NCBI GenBank assembly: GCA_030152805.1
Contig: JASLIG010000020.1
Location: 173-64,172 of the forward strand
Direction: 5' to 3'
Source: Solirubrobacterales bacterium
Lineage (GTDB): Bacteria > Actinomycetota > Thermoleophilia > Solirubrobacterales > 70-9
Length of the DNA: 64,000 nucleotides
A program made the translations under genes and the position numbers. The notes under the pieces are model-generated. The model was not told the DNA's origin. It searched no databases and worked only from the letters and a program-made list of their open reading frames with translations. Below, piece by piece: positions 16,786 to 25,616 of this stretch (position 1 is its first letter; each line of letters opens with the position of its first letter).

Positions 16786-17829
16786 TCAGACGGCCATGGC
16801 GCTGACCATCGCCAGGCTCGGCAGCGTCCGGAAGGTCTTCTTCTCGGCCGGCCCGAAGCCCGCCTCGGCGAGCCAGCCAGAAACCTGCTCGACGGTGTAG
16901 GTGTCGGCACCGGAGGTGAGGTGGAAGAAAAGACCGAGGATTGAGCCGGAGTCTGGTTTCCGACCCTCCGGGCGGTCATAGAGCTCGAGCACGCAGAGCG
17001 GCGAGCCGGGCCGCAGCACTGCGCGGATACGGGCGAACAGCTGCTTTGCCTGCTCGGGACTGAGGTGGTGGACGATGTTGAAGCAGAGGGCGCCGTCGTG
17101 GGGACCGCCGAAATCGGCCTCGAACATGTCGCCCTCGACGTGGTGGACGCGGTCGTCCATTCCAGCGCCGGAGACAATCTCGCGGCCGATCCGGGCGCTA
17201 CCCGGAAGGTCGACGATCGTCGCCTTGAGGCCGGGATGGTGGCGGCAAAGCGCCATTGAGAACTCGCCGTGGGCGCCGGCGACGTCGAGCAGCGAGTGGG
17301 CGCCCCGCTGCAGCGGCACCGCCTTGGCGACCTCGTCGGAGCTGAGCCGGGCGATCTGGTACTGGCCGCGGATGTAGGAGCGCCAGTACGGATCGTCAGC
17401 AGTCTTGTCGTGCAGCTCAACGTGATGGCCTTCGCGGACGAGGTCCTCGAGGCCTTGCCACCACTGCCAGTATTCGGCCGTGTCGGCGAGAAAGTCGCCG
17501 ACGTAGTGCTCGGAGCTGGGGTCGAGCCAGCGGCGGGCACGATCGCTCATCTCGTAGCGCCCGTCGGCGCGAATCTCTACGTGGCCGAGCGAAGCGATCA
17601 CATCGAGCAGCAGCTCCGTTCCGGCCGCCTGCAGACCGAGGTGTTCGGCCAGCTCAGCCGGCTCACGCGGGCCCTCGGCCAGCGCCGCGAGAACGCCGGT
17701 GCGTTGCGCGACCTGCAGCGAGCGCGCCACCGGCATGCCGAACATCGCCTCCCCGATCGGAGTCGGGAGACGATTGAGCATCAGCCCGAGCCTCTCGGTC
17801 AACCCATCCGGCACAGCGGCGATTCGCAT
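16786..17829 (-). CDS. SAM-dependent O-methyltransferase (family 2, with N-terminal dimerisation/wHTH domain)
   Basis: LLDVAGAHGEF…IVDLPG is the SAM-binding motif I. The overall length and layout match Methyltransf_2 enzymes. Confidence 0.85.
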   Translation of the reverse strand: MRIAAVPDGLTERLGLMLNRLPTPIGEAMFGMPVARSLQVAQRTGVLAALAEGPREPAELAEHLGLQAAGTELLLDVIASLGHVEIRADGRYEMSDRARRWLDPSSEHYVGDFLADTAEYWQWWQGLEDLVREGHHVELHDKTADDPYWRSYIRGQYQIARLSSDEVAKAVPLQRGAHSLLDVAGAHGEFSMALCRHHPGLKATIVDLPGSARIGREIVSGAGMDDRVHHVEGDMFEADFGGPHDGALCFNIVHHLSPEQAKQLFARIRAVLRPGSPLCVLELYDRPEGRKPDSGSILGLFFHLTSGADTYTVEQVSGWLAEAGFGPAEKKTFRTLPSLAMVSAMAV

Positions 17830-17894
17830 CGAATGCAGCCTAGCCGCCCGCGCCCGCCGAGGGCGCAGACCGGCTCAACCGCCATCATCCCTGC

Positions 17895-18746
17895 ATCGAC
17901 GGTCAATCCTCGACTTCACGGCTCCTCCTCGCCTGCTCCGACCGGCCCGGCCTGATCGCCGCGGTCAGCGGCTTTCTCGCTGACGCCGGGCTCAACATCG
18001 TCGATGCCGACCAGCACTCCAGCAACGAGGGTCGCTTCTTCATGCGCATGGTCTTCGACGCGGTACCGAAGGCCGAGCGCGCGGAGATCTACGGGCGATT
18101 CGAGGCCGAGATTGCCAGGCGCTTCGAGATGGAGCACCGCTTCGCCGAGTCGAGCGAGCACAAGCGGCTGGCGATCATGGTCTCGCGCGAAGACCATTGC
18201 CTGTCCGACCTACTCTGGCGTTGGCGCAGTGGTGAGCTGGGCGCCGAGGTGACCGCTGTGATCTCCAACCATGCCGACCACCGCGAGCAGGTTGCCTCGC
18301 TTGGACTGCCCTTTCACCACGTTCCGGTCGAAGCCGACAGCAAGGGCGAAGCGGAGGCCCGCGTGCTCGACATGCTCGACGGTATTGATCTACTCGTGCT
18401 GGCCCGCTATATGCAGATCCTCTCCGCCGATTTCCTGCGGCGGCTCGGCGCTCCCGCGATCAACATCCACCACAGCTTCCTGCCCGCCTTCGTCGGCGCC
18501 GACCCCTACCGCCGCGCCCACGAGCGCGGCGTCAAGCTGATCGGGGCGACCGCGCACTACGTCACCGAGGAACTCGACGCGGGGCCGATCATCGACCAGG
18601 ACGTGACCAGAGTCAGCCATCGCGACGAGGTCGTCGACCTGGAGCGGATCGGTCGTGACATCGAGCGCCTGGTGCTCGCCCGCGCCGTCAAGGCTCACCT
18701 CGACGACCGCGTCCTTCTGGACGGCGCCCGCACGATCGTCTTCTGA
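17895..18746 (+). CDS. purU: formyltetrahydrofolate deformylase (start codon uncertain)
   Basis: An ACT-domain N-terminus (RLLLACSDRPGLIAAVSGFLADAGLNIVDADQH) is encoded in frame upstream of the first ATG (18042). The formyltransferase core is …SNHADH…INIHHSFLPAF…. No ATG, GTG or TTG lies in frame between the stop at 17841 and the ACT domain. ATC 17895 is a guess. Confidence 0.8.
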   Translation: MDGQSSTSRLLLACSDRPGLIAAVSGFLADAGLNIVDADQHSSNEGRFFMRMVFDAVPKAERAEIYGRFEAEIARRFEMEHRFAESSEHKRLAIMVSREDHCLSDLLWRWRSGELGAEVTAVISNHADHREQVASLGLPFHHVPVEADSKGEAEARVLDMLDGIDLLVLARYMQILSADFLRRLGAPAINIHHSFLPAFVGADPYRRAHERGVKLIGATAHYVTEELDAGPIIDQDVTRVSHRDEVVDLERIGRDIERLVLARAVKAHLDDRVLLDGARTIVF

Positions 18747-18801
18747 CCGCGTATCCGACTTTGACCCCACTGGGGCGGGGTCAAAGTCGGATACGCGGTC
18801 A
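18744..18801 (+). terminator. perfect 25-bp stem-loop starting at the purU stop codon
   Basis: TGACCGCGTATCCGACTTTGACCCC-actggggc-GGGGTCAAAGTCGGATACGCGGTCA. There is no U-tract. Confidence 0.6.
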
Positions 18802-18812
18802 GTGATGAGATG

Positions 18813-18832
18813 AACTGGCTAGTCAGCCAGTT
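18813..18832 (+). promoter_or_regulatory. operator-like palindrome just upstream of the P450 start
   Basis: AACTGGCT-agtc-AGCCAGTT has 8-bp perfect arms and ends 8 nt before ATG 18841. Confidence 0.3.
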
Positions 18833-18840
18833 GATGTTCT

Positions 18841-20208
18841 ATGGTGCTTTCGATGGAGCAGGCAACGATCCGACACACCCCCGCCGCGGTAACCGCGCGT
18901 ACAGAGCCGCCACCCGGCTCCAAAGCCCCGTCGCTGCTACAGGCCCTGCGCTATGCGCGCGATCCGCTCGGCTTCCTGATCCACCTGCAGCGTCGCTACG
19001 GGGACATCTTCAGCCTCTCCTTTCCTTTCTTCGGCAGGCTCTACTACGTCGCCGACCCGGCGCTCGTCAAGGCGATGTTCACCGGCTCGCCCGCGCAGTT
19101 CCACGCCGGCGAGGCCAACGCCACCGTGCTCGAGCCGGCGCTCGGGCCGAACTCGGTCCTCACCCTCGACGACGCGCCGCACATGCAGCAGCGCAAGCTG
19201 CTCCTGCCGCCCTTCCACGGCGAGCGGATCCGCGGCTACGGCGAGCTGATTCGCGAGATGACCCGCCAGCAGATGGAGACCTGGCCGGTCGGCGAGCCCT
19301 TCGCCCTGCGGCCACACACCCAGCGGATCACCCTGGCGGTGATCATGCGCGCGGTCTTCGGCGTTCACGACGAGGAGCGCCTGGAGCGCTTCGAGCGCCT
19401 GATCGACGACTTCAGCAAGCGGGTCGGCCTGATCACCACCTTCCCCGCCCTGCGTCGCAACTTCGGGCCCGGCAGCCCCTGGCCGCGCTTCCTGCGCTCA
19501 CGCGAACGGCTCGACGAGTTCATCTACGAGGAGATCGGCCTGCGCCGCGCCGAGGTCGAAGCCGGCGAGGAGGGGAACGACGACGTCCTCTCACTGCTCC
19601 TCCAAGCGCGCCATGACGACGGCAGCCCGATGAGCGACGAAGAGCTGCGCGACGAGCTCGTCACCGTGCTCGGCGCCGGCCACGAGACGACCGCTACCGG
19701 CCTCGCCTGGGCGATGGAGCGCCTGCTGCGCACCCCGCGCGTGCTGGCGAAGCTGCGCGAGTCGATCGCGGCCGGCGAGGACGACTACCTCGACGCCACG
19801 GTCAAAGAGACGCTGCGAGCCCGGCCGGTGATCGTCGACGTCGCCCGCCGGCTCACCGCGCCGGCGCAGATCGGTGGCTACGAGCTGCCCGGGGGCAGCT
19901 TCGTGATGGCGGCGATCGCCGCCCTGCACTATCGCGAGGACCTTTTCCCCGAACCGGAGGAGTTCCGGCCGGAGCGCTTCCTCGAGGAAAAGGCGGACAA
20001 CTACGCCTGGATCCCCTTCGGCGGCGGCGTGCGGCGCTGCATCGGTGCCGCCTTCGCCGAATACGAGATGCGAATCGTCCTGCGCGAGTTCGTCGGGAGC
20101 GCCGAGCTCAGTGCTCCCAACCCCAAGCCGGAGGCGGTCAAGGTGCGCAACATCACCCTGGCGCCGGGCAAGGGCACCCTGGTCAGGCTGGATCGGCCGC
20201 TGCGCTGA
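18841..20208 (+). CDS. cytochrome P450
   Basis: Heme-binding loop FGGGVRRCIGAAFA, the EETLR-type K-helix (KETLR), and the I-helix AGHETT. Confidence 0.9.
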   Translation: MVLSMEQATIRHTPAAVTARTEPPPGSKAPSLLQALRYARDPLGFLIHLQRRYGDIFSLSFPFFGRLYYVADPALVKAMFTGSPAQFHAGEANATVLEPALGPNSVLTLDDAPHMQQRKLLLPPFHGERIRGYGELIREMTRQQMETWPVGEPFALRPHTQRITLAVIMRAVFGVHDEERLERFERLIDDFSKRVGLITTFPALRRNFGPGSPWPRFLRSRERLDEFIYEEIGLRRAEVEAGEEGNDDVLSLLLQARHDDGSPMSDEELRDELVTVLGAGHETTATGLAWAMERLLRTPRVLAKLRESIAAGEDDYLDATVKETLRARPVIVDVARRLTAPAQIGGYELPGGSFVMAAIAALHYREDLFPEPEEFRPERFLEEKADNYAWIPFGGGVRRCIGAAFAEYEMRIVLREFVGSAELSAPNPKPEAVKVRNITLAPGKGTLVRLDRPLR

Positions 20209-22093
20209 GGAGGCGTTCGGCCTCCTCCCATTCCTCGTAGAGCTCGGCGACCTTGCGCTTTGCCGCCTCGTGACGCTCGCCCGCCCGTTCGGATCTCTCA
20301 GGCGTCGACCAGGTCGCGGGGTCGGAGAGTTCGTCCTCCACGTCGCGGAGCTCCGCTTCCGCCGCCTCGACCTTCTCGGCGAGGCGGCTCGCCTTGCGCG
20401 CCGCCCGCTGCGCCACGAGCGCCGGGCGCTGGCGCTTGCCGTCTTTGCTCGACCGCTTCGCCGCAGCCGCCGAAGCGGTCGCGGCTTCCGCGTCTTCGTC
20501 GCGCCGGCGCTGGTACTCGGCCCAGCCGCTCGGGTGGCTGCGCAGCTCGCCGTCCTCGCAGACGATCGTGCGACTGCCGACGGCCTCGAGCAGGGCCCGA
20601 TCGTGGGAGACGAGTATCACCGCTCCCGGGAAGGCAGAGAGCGCGTCCTCGAGCGCCTCGCGGCTCTCGACGTCGAGATGGTTGGTCGGCTCGTCGAGGA
20701 TCAGCACGTTGGCGCCGGAAGCGACCAGGATCGCCAGGGAGAGGCGGCGCTGCTCGCCGCCGGAGATGTCGTCGAGCGATTTCTCGACGTCGCTGCCGGA
20801 AAAGAGGAAGCCGCCGAGCAGGTCGCGTGCCTTCTGGCCGCTGAGCCCCGTCTCGCGCTGGGCGGCGTCGAGCACCGTCCCCTCCCCCGCGGCGCTCTCG
20901 GCGTGCTGTGAGAGGTAGCCGATCTTGACGTTGTGTCCCGTCCGCACCGAGCCGGAAGCGGGCTCGCGGCGCCCGGCAAGCGCGTCGATCAGCGTCGTCT
21001 TGCCGGCGCCGTTGGGCCCGACGAGGACGACGTGCTCGTCGCGCTCGACTTCGAGGTTGGCGTCGTCGAGCAGGGTGCGGCCGGGGACCTCGATCGTCCC
21101 GTTGACGAGTTTCAGGACGACGCGGCCAGGTCGCTCCGGCTTGACGAAGGAGAAACGCAGGTCGCGACGGTCGCGGGCCTCGGCCTTGACCCCGTCGCGC
21201 TTGATTTTCTCGATCATCTTCAGTCGCGACTGCGCCTGTTTGGCCTTCGTCGCCTTGTAGCGGAAGCGCTCGACGAAACGCTCCATGCGGTCGATCTCCG
21301 CCTGCTGGCGCTCGATCGCCTTGCCACGGGCGATCTCCCGCGCCGCCTGTTCCTTGCGCCAGGCGTGCCAGGGCCCGGCGAAGAAACGACCGCGCTGGGC
21401 CTCCAGCTCCAGCACCGAGGTGCCGACCGCCTCGAGGAACCAGCGGTCGTGGGCGACGAGGACGACCGCGGCGTCGAGGTCGACGAGGTAGCGCTCCAGC
21501 CATTCCAGCGAGGGGATGTCGAGGTGGTTCGTCGGCTCGTCGAGCAGCAGCAGGTCGGGGCGGGTGGCGAGGGCGCGGGCGAGCGAAGCGCGGGTCAGCT
21601 CGCCGCCGGAGAAGGTCGAAAGCCGCCGCGCCGCGGCCTCGTCATCGAAGCCGAGGCCGCCGAGCACGGCGAGCACGTCGTCGCGCCAGCGGTAGCCGCC
21701 ACCGGCTTCGAGGCGCTGCTGGGCGGCCGAGTAGGCGCGCATCGTCTCCTCGTCGGGCTCGCCCTGCCCCATCGTCGCCTCCAGGCGCGCCAGCTCGGCC
21801 TCGGTCTCCTCCATCTCGGCACGGCCGGAAAAGACGTAGTCGCCGAGCGAGATCGCGGCGTCGCGGGGCGGGCGCTGGTCATGCAGCGCCACGCGCGCGC
21901 CTTTCTGAAGTGAGATGCTGCCGGCGTCGACGGGTCGCTCCCCCGCAAGCACGCGCAGCAGCGTCGACTTGCCGGCGCCGTTGCGACCGGAGAGCGTCAT
22001 CCGCTCGCGGGGCTCGAGCTTGAAGGAGACGTCGGCGAACAGCAGCTCACCGCCCGCGTAGACGTCGATCGTTGTCGCTGTGGCGATCGCCAT
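20183..22093 (-). CDS. ABC-F family ATPase (two ABC domains, no TM domain)
   Basis: Two Walker A motifs (GRNGAGKST, GPNGAGKTT), two signature motifs (FSGGELTR, ISGGEQRR) and a charged C-terminal tail. It overlaps the P450 3' end convergently by 26 nt. Confidence 0.9.
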   Translation of the reverse strand: MAIATATTIDVYAGGELLFADVSFKLEPRERMTLSGRNGAGKSTLLRVLAGERPVDAGSISLQKGARVALHDQRPPRDAAISLGDYVFSGRAEMEETEAELARLEATMGQGEPDEETMRAYSAAQQRLEAGGGYRWRDDVLAVLGGLGFDDEAAARRLSTFSGGELTRASLARALATRPDLLLLDEPTNHLDIPSLEWLERYLVDLDAAVVLVAHDRWFLEAVGTSVLELEAQRGRFFAGPWHAWRKEQAAREIARGKAIERQQAEIDRMERFVERFRYKATKAKQAQSRLKMIEKIKRDGVKAEARDRRDLRFSFVKPERPGRVVLKLVNGTIEVPGRTLLDDANLEVERDEHVVLVGPNGAGKTTLIDALAGRREPASGSVRTGHNVKIGYLSQHAESAAGEGTVLDAAQRETGLSGQKARDLLGGFLFSGSDVEKSLDDISGGEQRRLSLAILVASGANVLILDEPTNHLDVESREALEDALSAFPGAVILVSHDRALLEAVGSRTIVCEDGELRSHPSGWAEYQRRRDEDAEAATASAAAAKRSSKDGKRQRPALVAQRAARKASRLAEKVEAAEAELRDVEDELSDPATWSTPERSERAGERHEAAKRKVAELYEEWEEAERLLSAAADPA

Positions 22094-22199
22094 TCACCAA
22101 ACACTACGCAGGCAACCTCGATCCGGGATCGAGCCGACCTGGATCCTCGCTAGTTCTAATCAACGACCAGCCGGCCGCGGTCGCCGTTCGGGACCAGCC

Positions 22200-23564
22200 T
22201 CAGAGAGGAAGCAGTAGGTTTGTGACGTCGAGCAGGGGCTGCTGCGGACCTTCTTTCTCAGCGGTCCAATTAGTGTTGCCTTCTTCTTCGAGTTGTTTGC
22301 GAATTGCCACGACATCCGCTTTGGTTGCTGGGTTGGCTATCACAGCAAGAATTGCAGCTGCCCCCGCCACGGCTGGTGCCGCCATCGAGGTACCAGTCTT
22401 TAAGCCGTATCCTTGATTGAGAACAGTCGATAAGATGCAGACACCCGGCGCGACGATGTCTACCGCTGCACCCCAATTGCTCAAATTCGCCCAGGTATCG
22501 TCTTTCTCCGCACCCCATAAAGTTGATTGATAGTGAGTGAGATTACAAGGAGGTGTACTGCCCGTACCTCCTTTTTTCCCGTCGAAGTCGGCAATAGCGC
22601 CCACCGTGATTGCTTCGGGGCTTTTCGACGGTGAAAAATTTTCGGCTTCTTTCGCCATGTTCCCCGCGGCAACAACTACAACTATTCCTTTTGAAACAGC
22701 CACGGCGATTGCTTTTTCAACATTTGACCAGGTGCATTCAGTGGCAGGTGGGTCCGGATGACAGATGAGGCTCAGGTTCGCAACCTCGATTTCGGAGGCA
22801 TGAGCAATAACCCAATTGAGCCCGGCGAGGACCCATGTTTCATCGGTTTCATTCTGCGCGTCGATCACCCTGACGGACCACAGGCGAGCACCGGGAGCCA
22901 CGCCGACCACCCCTACGGAATTGTCCTTCGCCGCAGCGATACCGGCAACATGAGTGCCATGGCTGTTGCCGGCGCCTCCGCCTTCCCTACATTTTTCTTC
23001 TTTCGTTTTTGCTTCGGTGATTTCTTCGTCTTCTTCTGTGTCTTTGAATTTTTCTTTTTCTTTTTCCTCGGCAGCGGGCAGGCAGCTGACGGACTGCACG
23101 ACGTTGAGATCCGGATGCGCAGCTTCGATGCCGCTATCGAGTATCGCTATGTCCGATTCGACGGTTACGTCTTCTTTTTCGTTGATCGCAAGACTGCCGT
23201 TGTCGAGGGCGAAGACCCGTTTGACTCCAGTCGGAGTCGTCTGCGCCTCCCCTTCGCCCAGGGTATCCGGGGTGACGTGTCGAACCCTTGGATCGTGGCG
23301 CAGTGCCTTGACCGCCCTCTTGGAGAGGGTGGCTGAGTAGCCGATCGGCGCATAGCGATAGACGAAACCGAGACGCCCCCCATGCGCGGCGAGTTGGGCG
23401 CGAGCCACAGCGCGGGGATGGTCGATCGAATTCTTGAGGACGACGATGTAGCTGTGCGGTACCCGGATGCCCTGCGCGTTGTTTCCCCTAGCCGGCGGCG
23501 CCGCGCCGACCGGGGCCGAAAACCAAAGGGCACCGCATGTCAGGGTAGCCAGCCCGAGAAGCAA
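22200..23564 (-). CDS. secreted S8 subtilisin-like serine protease with an I9 propeptide
   Basis: Catalytic triad motifs AILDSGI, HGTHVAG and GTSMAAPAVAG, an I9-like propeptide (YIVVLK…) and a signal peptide. Base composition is markedly lower in GC than the neighbouring genes. Confidence 0.9.
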   Translation of the reverse strand: MLLGLATLTCGALWFSAPVGAAPPARGNNAQGIRVPHSYIVVLKNSIDHPRAVARAQLAAHGGRLGFVYRYAPIGYSATLSKRAVKALRHDPRVRHVTPDTLGEGEAQTTPTGVKRVFALDNGSLAINEKEDVTVESDIAILDSGIEAAHPDLNVVQSVSCLPAAEEKEKEKFKDTEEDEEITEAKTKEEKCREGGGAGNSHGTHVAGIAAAKDNSVGVVGVAPGARLWSVRVIDAQNETDETWVLAGLNWVIAHASEIEVANLSLICHPDPPATECTWSNVEKAIAVAVSKGIVVVVAAGNMAKEAENFSPSKSPEAITVGAIADFDGKKGGTGSTPPCNLTHYQSTLWGAEKDDTWANLSNWGAAVDIVAPGVCILSTVLNQGYGLKTGTSMAAPAVAGAAAILAVIANPATKADVVAIRKQLEEEGNTNWTAEKEGPQQPLLDVTNLLLPL

Positions 23565-23688
23565 GCTGATACGGACCGAAGAACGCCGCGTGGATAATCG
23601 AGAGTCTCCTATTATTCAAGATAGTTTACATAATGCGCTTTGCAATGCCAAGTAATCGAGATCCACGCCCTGGCGTAAGCTGCGCCGC

Positions 23689-24195
23689 GTGCAGCGAGAG
23701 GAGCTACAAGCGATGCAGGCACCGCTCAAGCACCGCTATCGCGAGGAGCCTGAAGCCGCGCTGGTGACGCTCTCGGCCGAGGGGGAGCTGGGCGAGGGGG
23801 TCTCCTGCTCCGTCAACACCGGCCGGGCGATCGCCGAGGCCGGCCTGCATCCTGCCTCCGGCGGCGACGGCAGCCAGCTCTGCTCGGGGGACATGCTGCT
23901 CGAGGCGCTCGCCGCCTGCGCCGGCGTAACCCTGCGCGCGGTCTCGACCTCGCTGGGAATCGAGGTGCGGAGCGGCAAGGTCCGCGCCAGCGGTGAGCTC
24001 GACTTCCGGGGAACCCTCGCCGTCGATCGCGAAGCCCCGGTCGGCTTCAGGTCGATCCGCCTCGCCTTCGAGCTCGACACCGACGCTTCGGCCGAGCAGT
24101 TGGAGACGCTGCTGAAGCTGACCGAGCGCTACTGCGTCGTCTTCCAGACCCTGAGCAGCCCGCCCCAGCTCTCAGCGACGGTCGCGACCGGCTAA
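23689..24195 (+). CDS. OsmC/Ohr-family protein
   Basis: 168 aa with the two conserved Cys contexts (…GVSCSV… and …LEALAACAG…) typical of the OsmC fold. GTG start. Confidence 0.8.
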   Translation: MQREELQAMQAPLKHRYREEPEAALVTLSAEGELGEGVSCSVNTGRAIAEAGLHPASGGDGSQLCSGDMLLEALAACAGVTLRAVSTSLGIEVRSGKVRASGELDFRGTLAVDREAPVGFRSIRLAFELDTDASAEQLETLLKLTERYCVVFQTLSSPPQLSATVATG

Positions 24196-24201
24196 GCGCG
24201 G

Positions 24202-25140
24202 GTGGCCGGGCCCCTGCGACATCTCGGTGAGCTGGCCAGGGCGCGGGCCACCCGGAGCGCCGCCCGACGCGAAGACGGACAGGCGCTGGGCGAGCTGGAG
24301 AAGGGGCGCCTGGAGCTGCCCGCTGGGCTGGAAGTCGAATGGCTGGGGGTCTCCGGCTACAGGCTGAGCGCGGAGGGGAAGACGCTCTTCGTCGATCCCT
24401 ACGTCTCGCGCGTGCCGTTCGGTGACCTGCTGCGGCGCCGTCCCACCCTGCCCGATCCGGCGGCGCTGGATCGCTTCGTCCGCGCGCCGGGGGAGGTCGT
24501 CGGGGTGCTCGTCGGGCACACTCACTTCGACCACGCGGTGGATGCGCCGGCGATCGCGCGGCGCCACGGCTGCAGGGCGTACGGATCGGACTCCCTGGTC
24601 AACCTGATGGCGCTGCACGGCCTCGCCGACCGGAGCGTCGAGGTCGAGCCCTACCGCACCTATGAGCTCGGCCCCTTCGAGGTCAGCTTCACGCCCAGCG
24701 TTCATTCCAAGCTGCTGCTCGGCCTCGCCGTTCCCTACGACGGCGACCTCACCTGCGAGCACCTCGACGCCCTCTCGCCAGCGGCCTACCGCTGCGGCCA
24801 GGTCTGGGGCATCGCGATCGAGGTCGCGGGCATCACCTTCTACCACCAGGGCAGCGCCAACCTGATCGACGAGGCGATCCGGGCCAGCGACGTCGACGTC
24901 TTCCTCGCCGGCATCGCCGGCCGCAGCTTCACCGACGACTACTGGCAGCGGATCATCCCCCGCCTCGACCCCAAGGTCGTAGTTCCCACTCACTACGATA
25001 ACTTCTTCCGCCCCCTTGGCCAGCAGATGGAGTTCGTCTCCAATGTCCAGCTCAACGGCCTCCCGAAGGAGATCGGTGCGGTAAGCCGCGACGCCAAGCT
25101 CGCCGCCCTCCCCCGCGCGGACTTCTCGATAGACGTGTGA
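24202..25140 (+). CDS. MBL-fold metallo-hydrolase
   Basis: GHTHFDHAVD is the HxHxDH motif. The length and pattern resemble UlaG/beta-lactamase-superfamily hydrolases. Confidence 0.8.
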   Translation: MAGPLRHLGELARARATRSAARREDGQALGELEKGRLELPAGLEVEWLGVSGYRLSAEGKTLFVDPYVSRVPFGDLLRRRPTLPDPAALDRFVRAPGEVVGVLVGHTHFDHAVDAPAIARRHGCRAYGSDSLVNLMALHGLADRSVEVEPYRTYELGPFEVSFTPSVHSKLLLGLAVPYDGDLTCEHLDALSPAAYRCGQVWGIAIEVAGITFYHQGSANLIDEAIRASDVDVFLAGIAGRSFTDDYWQRIIPRLDPKVVVPTHYDNFFRPLGQQMEFVSNVQLNGLPKEIGAVSRDAKLAALPRADFSIDV

Positions 25141-25185
25141 CACCCTGCGCGCCATCCATGCGTCGAGAGCACCTACCGTCCTGTC

Positions 25186-25419
25186 GTGTTCGCAATCGAA
25201 CCAGGCGACGCCGGTGAGCTGATCGAAGCTGCCGTCACAGCCATTTCAGTTCTGGGTGGGACGATGGCGTACTGTAGTGGCTACTCCGCGTCTCAAGCGA
25301 TGTCTGAGGAGCAGCCTCACGAGGTCCTTGGCCAGCGGGTCAACGAAGGACTGGGGGAAGGCTTCTCGTGGGGATGGCCGACGGCCATCGTGGCTCTTAT
25401 CATCGTGATATGGACCTGA
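25186..25419 (+). CDS. hypothetical small protein with a C-terminal TM helix
   Basis: 77-aa ORF ending WGWPTAIVALIIVIWT, in a locally lower-GC stretch. Its stop overlaps the next ATG (TGATG). I recognise no homology. Confidence 0.25.
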   Translation: MFAIEPGDAGELIEAAVTAISVLGGTMAYCSGYSASQAMSEEQPHEVLGQRVNEGLGEGFSWGWPTAIVALIIVIWT

Positions 25420-25604
25420 TGGCTCGGTTTCTCAAATTCCCCCGAGGAGCAGTCCTCCTCAGCTCCCTCGTCTCGGCGGCGACAGGCATCGCAATCATCG
25501 GCTTCGGCGCGCCGCCAGCCACCCTGATCCTTGTTTCCTGGGTGGGAGCCACCGTCTACATGCCGCTGCAATCACGGATCAACCGCCGACTCGGTCGCCG
25601 GTAG
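25419..25604 (+). CDS. hypothetical small two-TM protein
   Basis: MARFLKFPRGAVLLSSLVSAATGIAIIGFGAPPATLILVSWVGATVYMPL… The ATG is coupled to the upstream stop. I recognise no homology. Confidence 0.25.
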   Translation: MARFLKFPRGAVLLSSLVSAATGIAIIGFGAPPATLILVSWVGATVYMPLQSRINRRLGRR

Positions 25605-25616
25605 GCCGCCAGTCAC

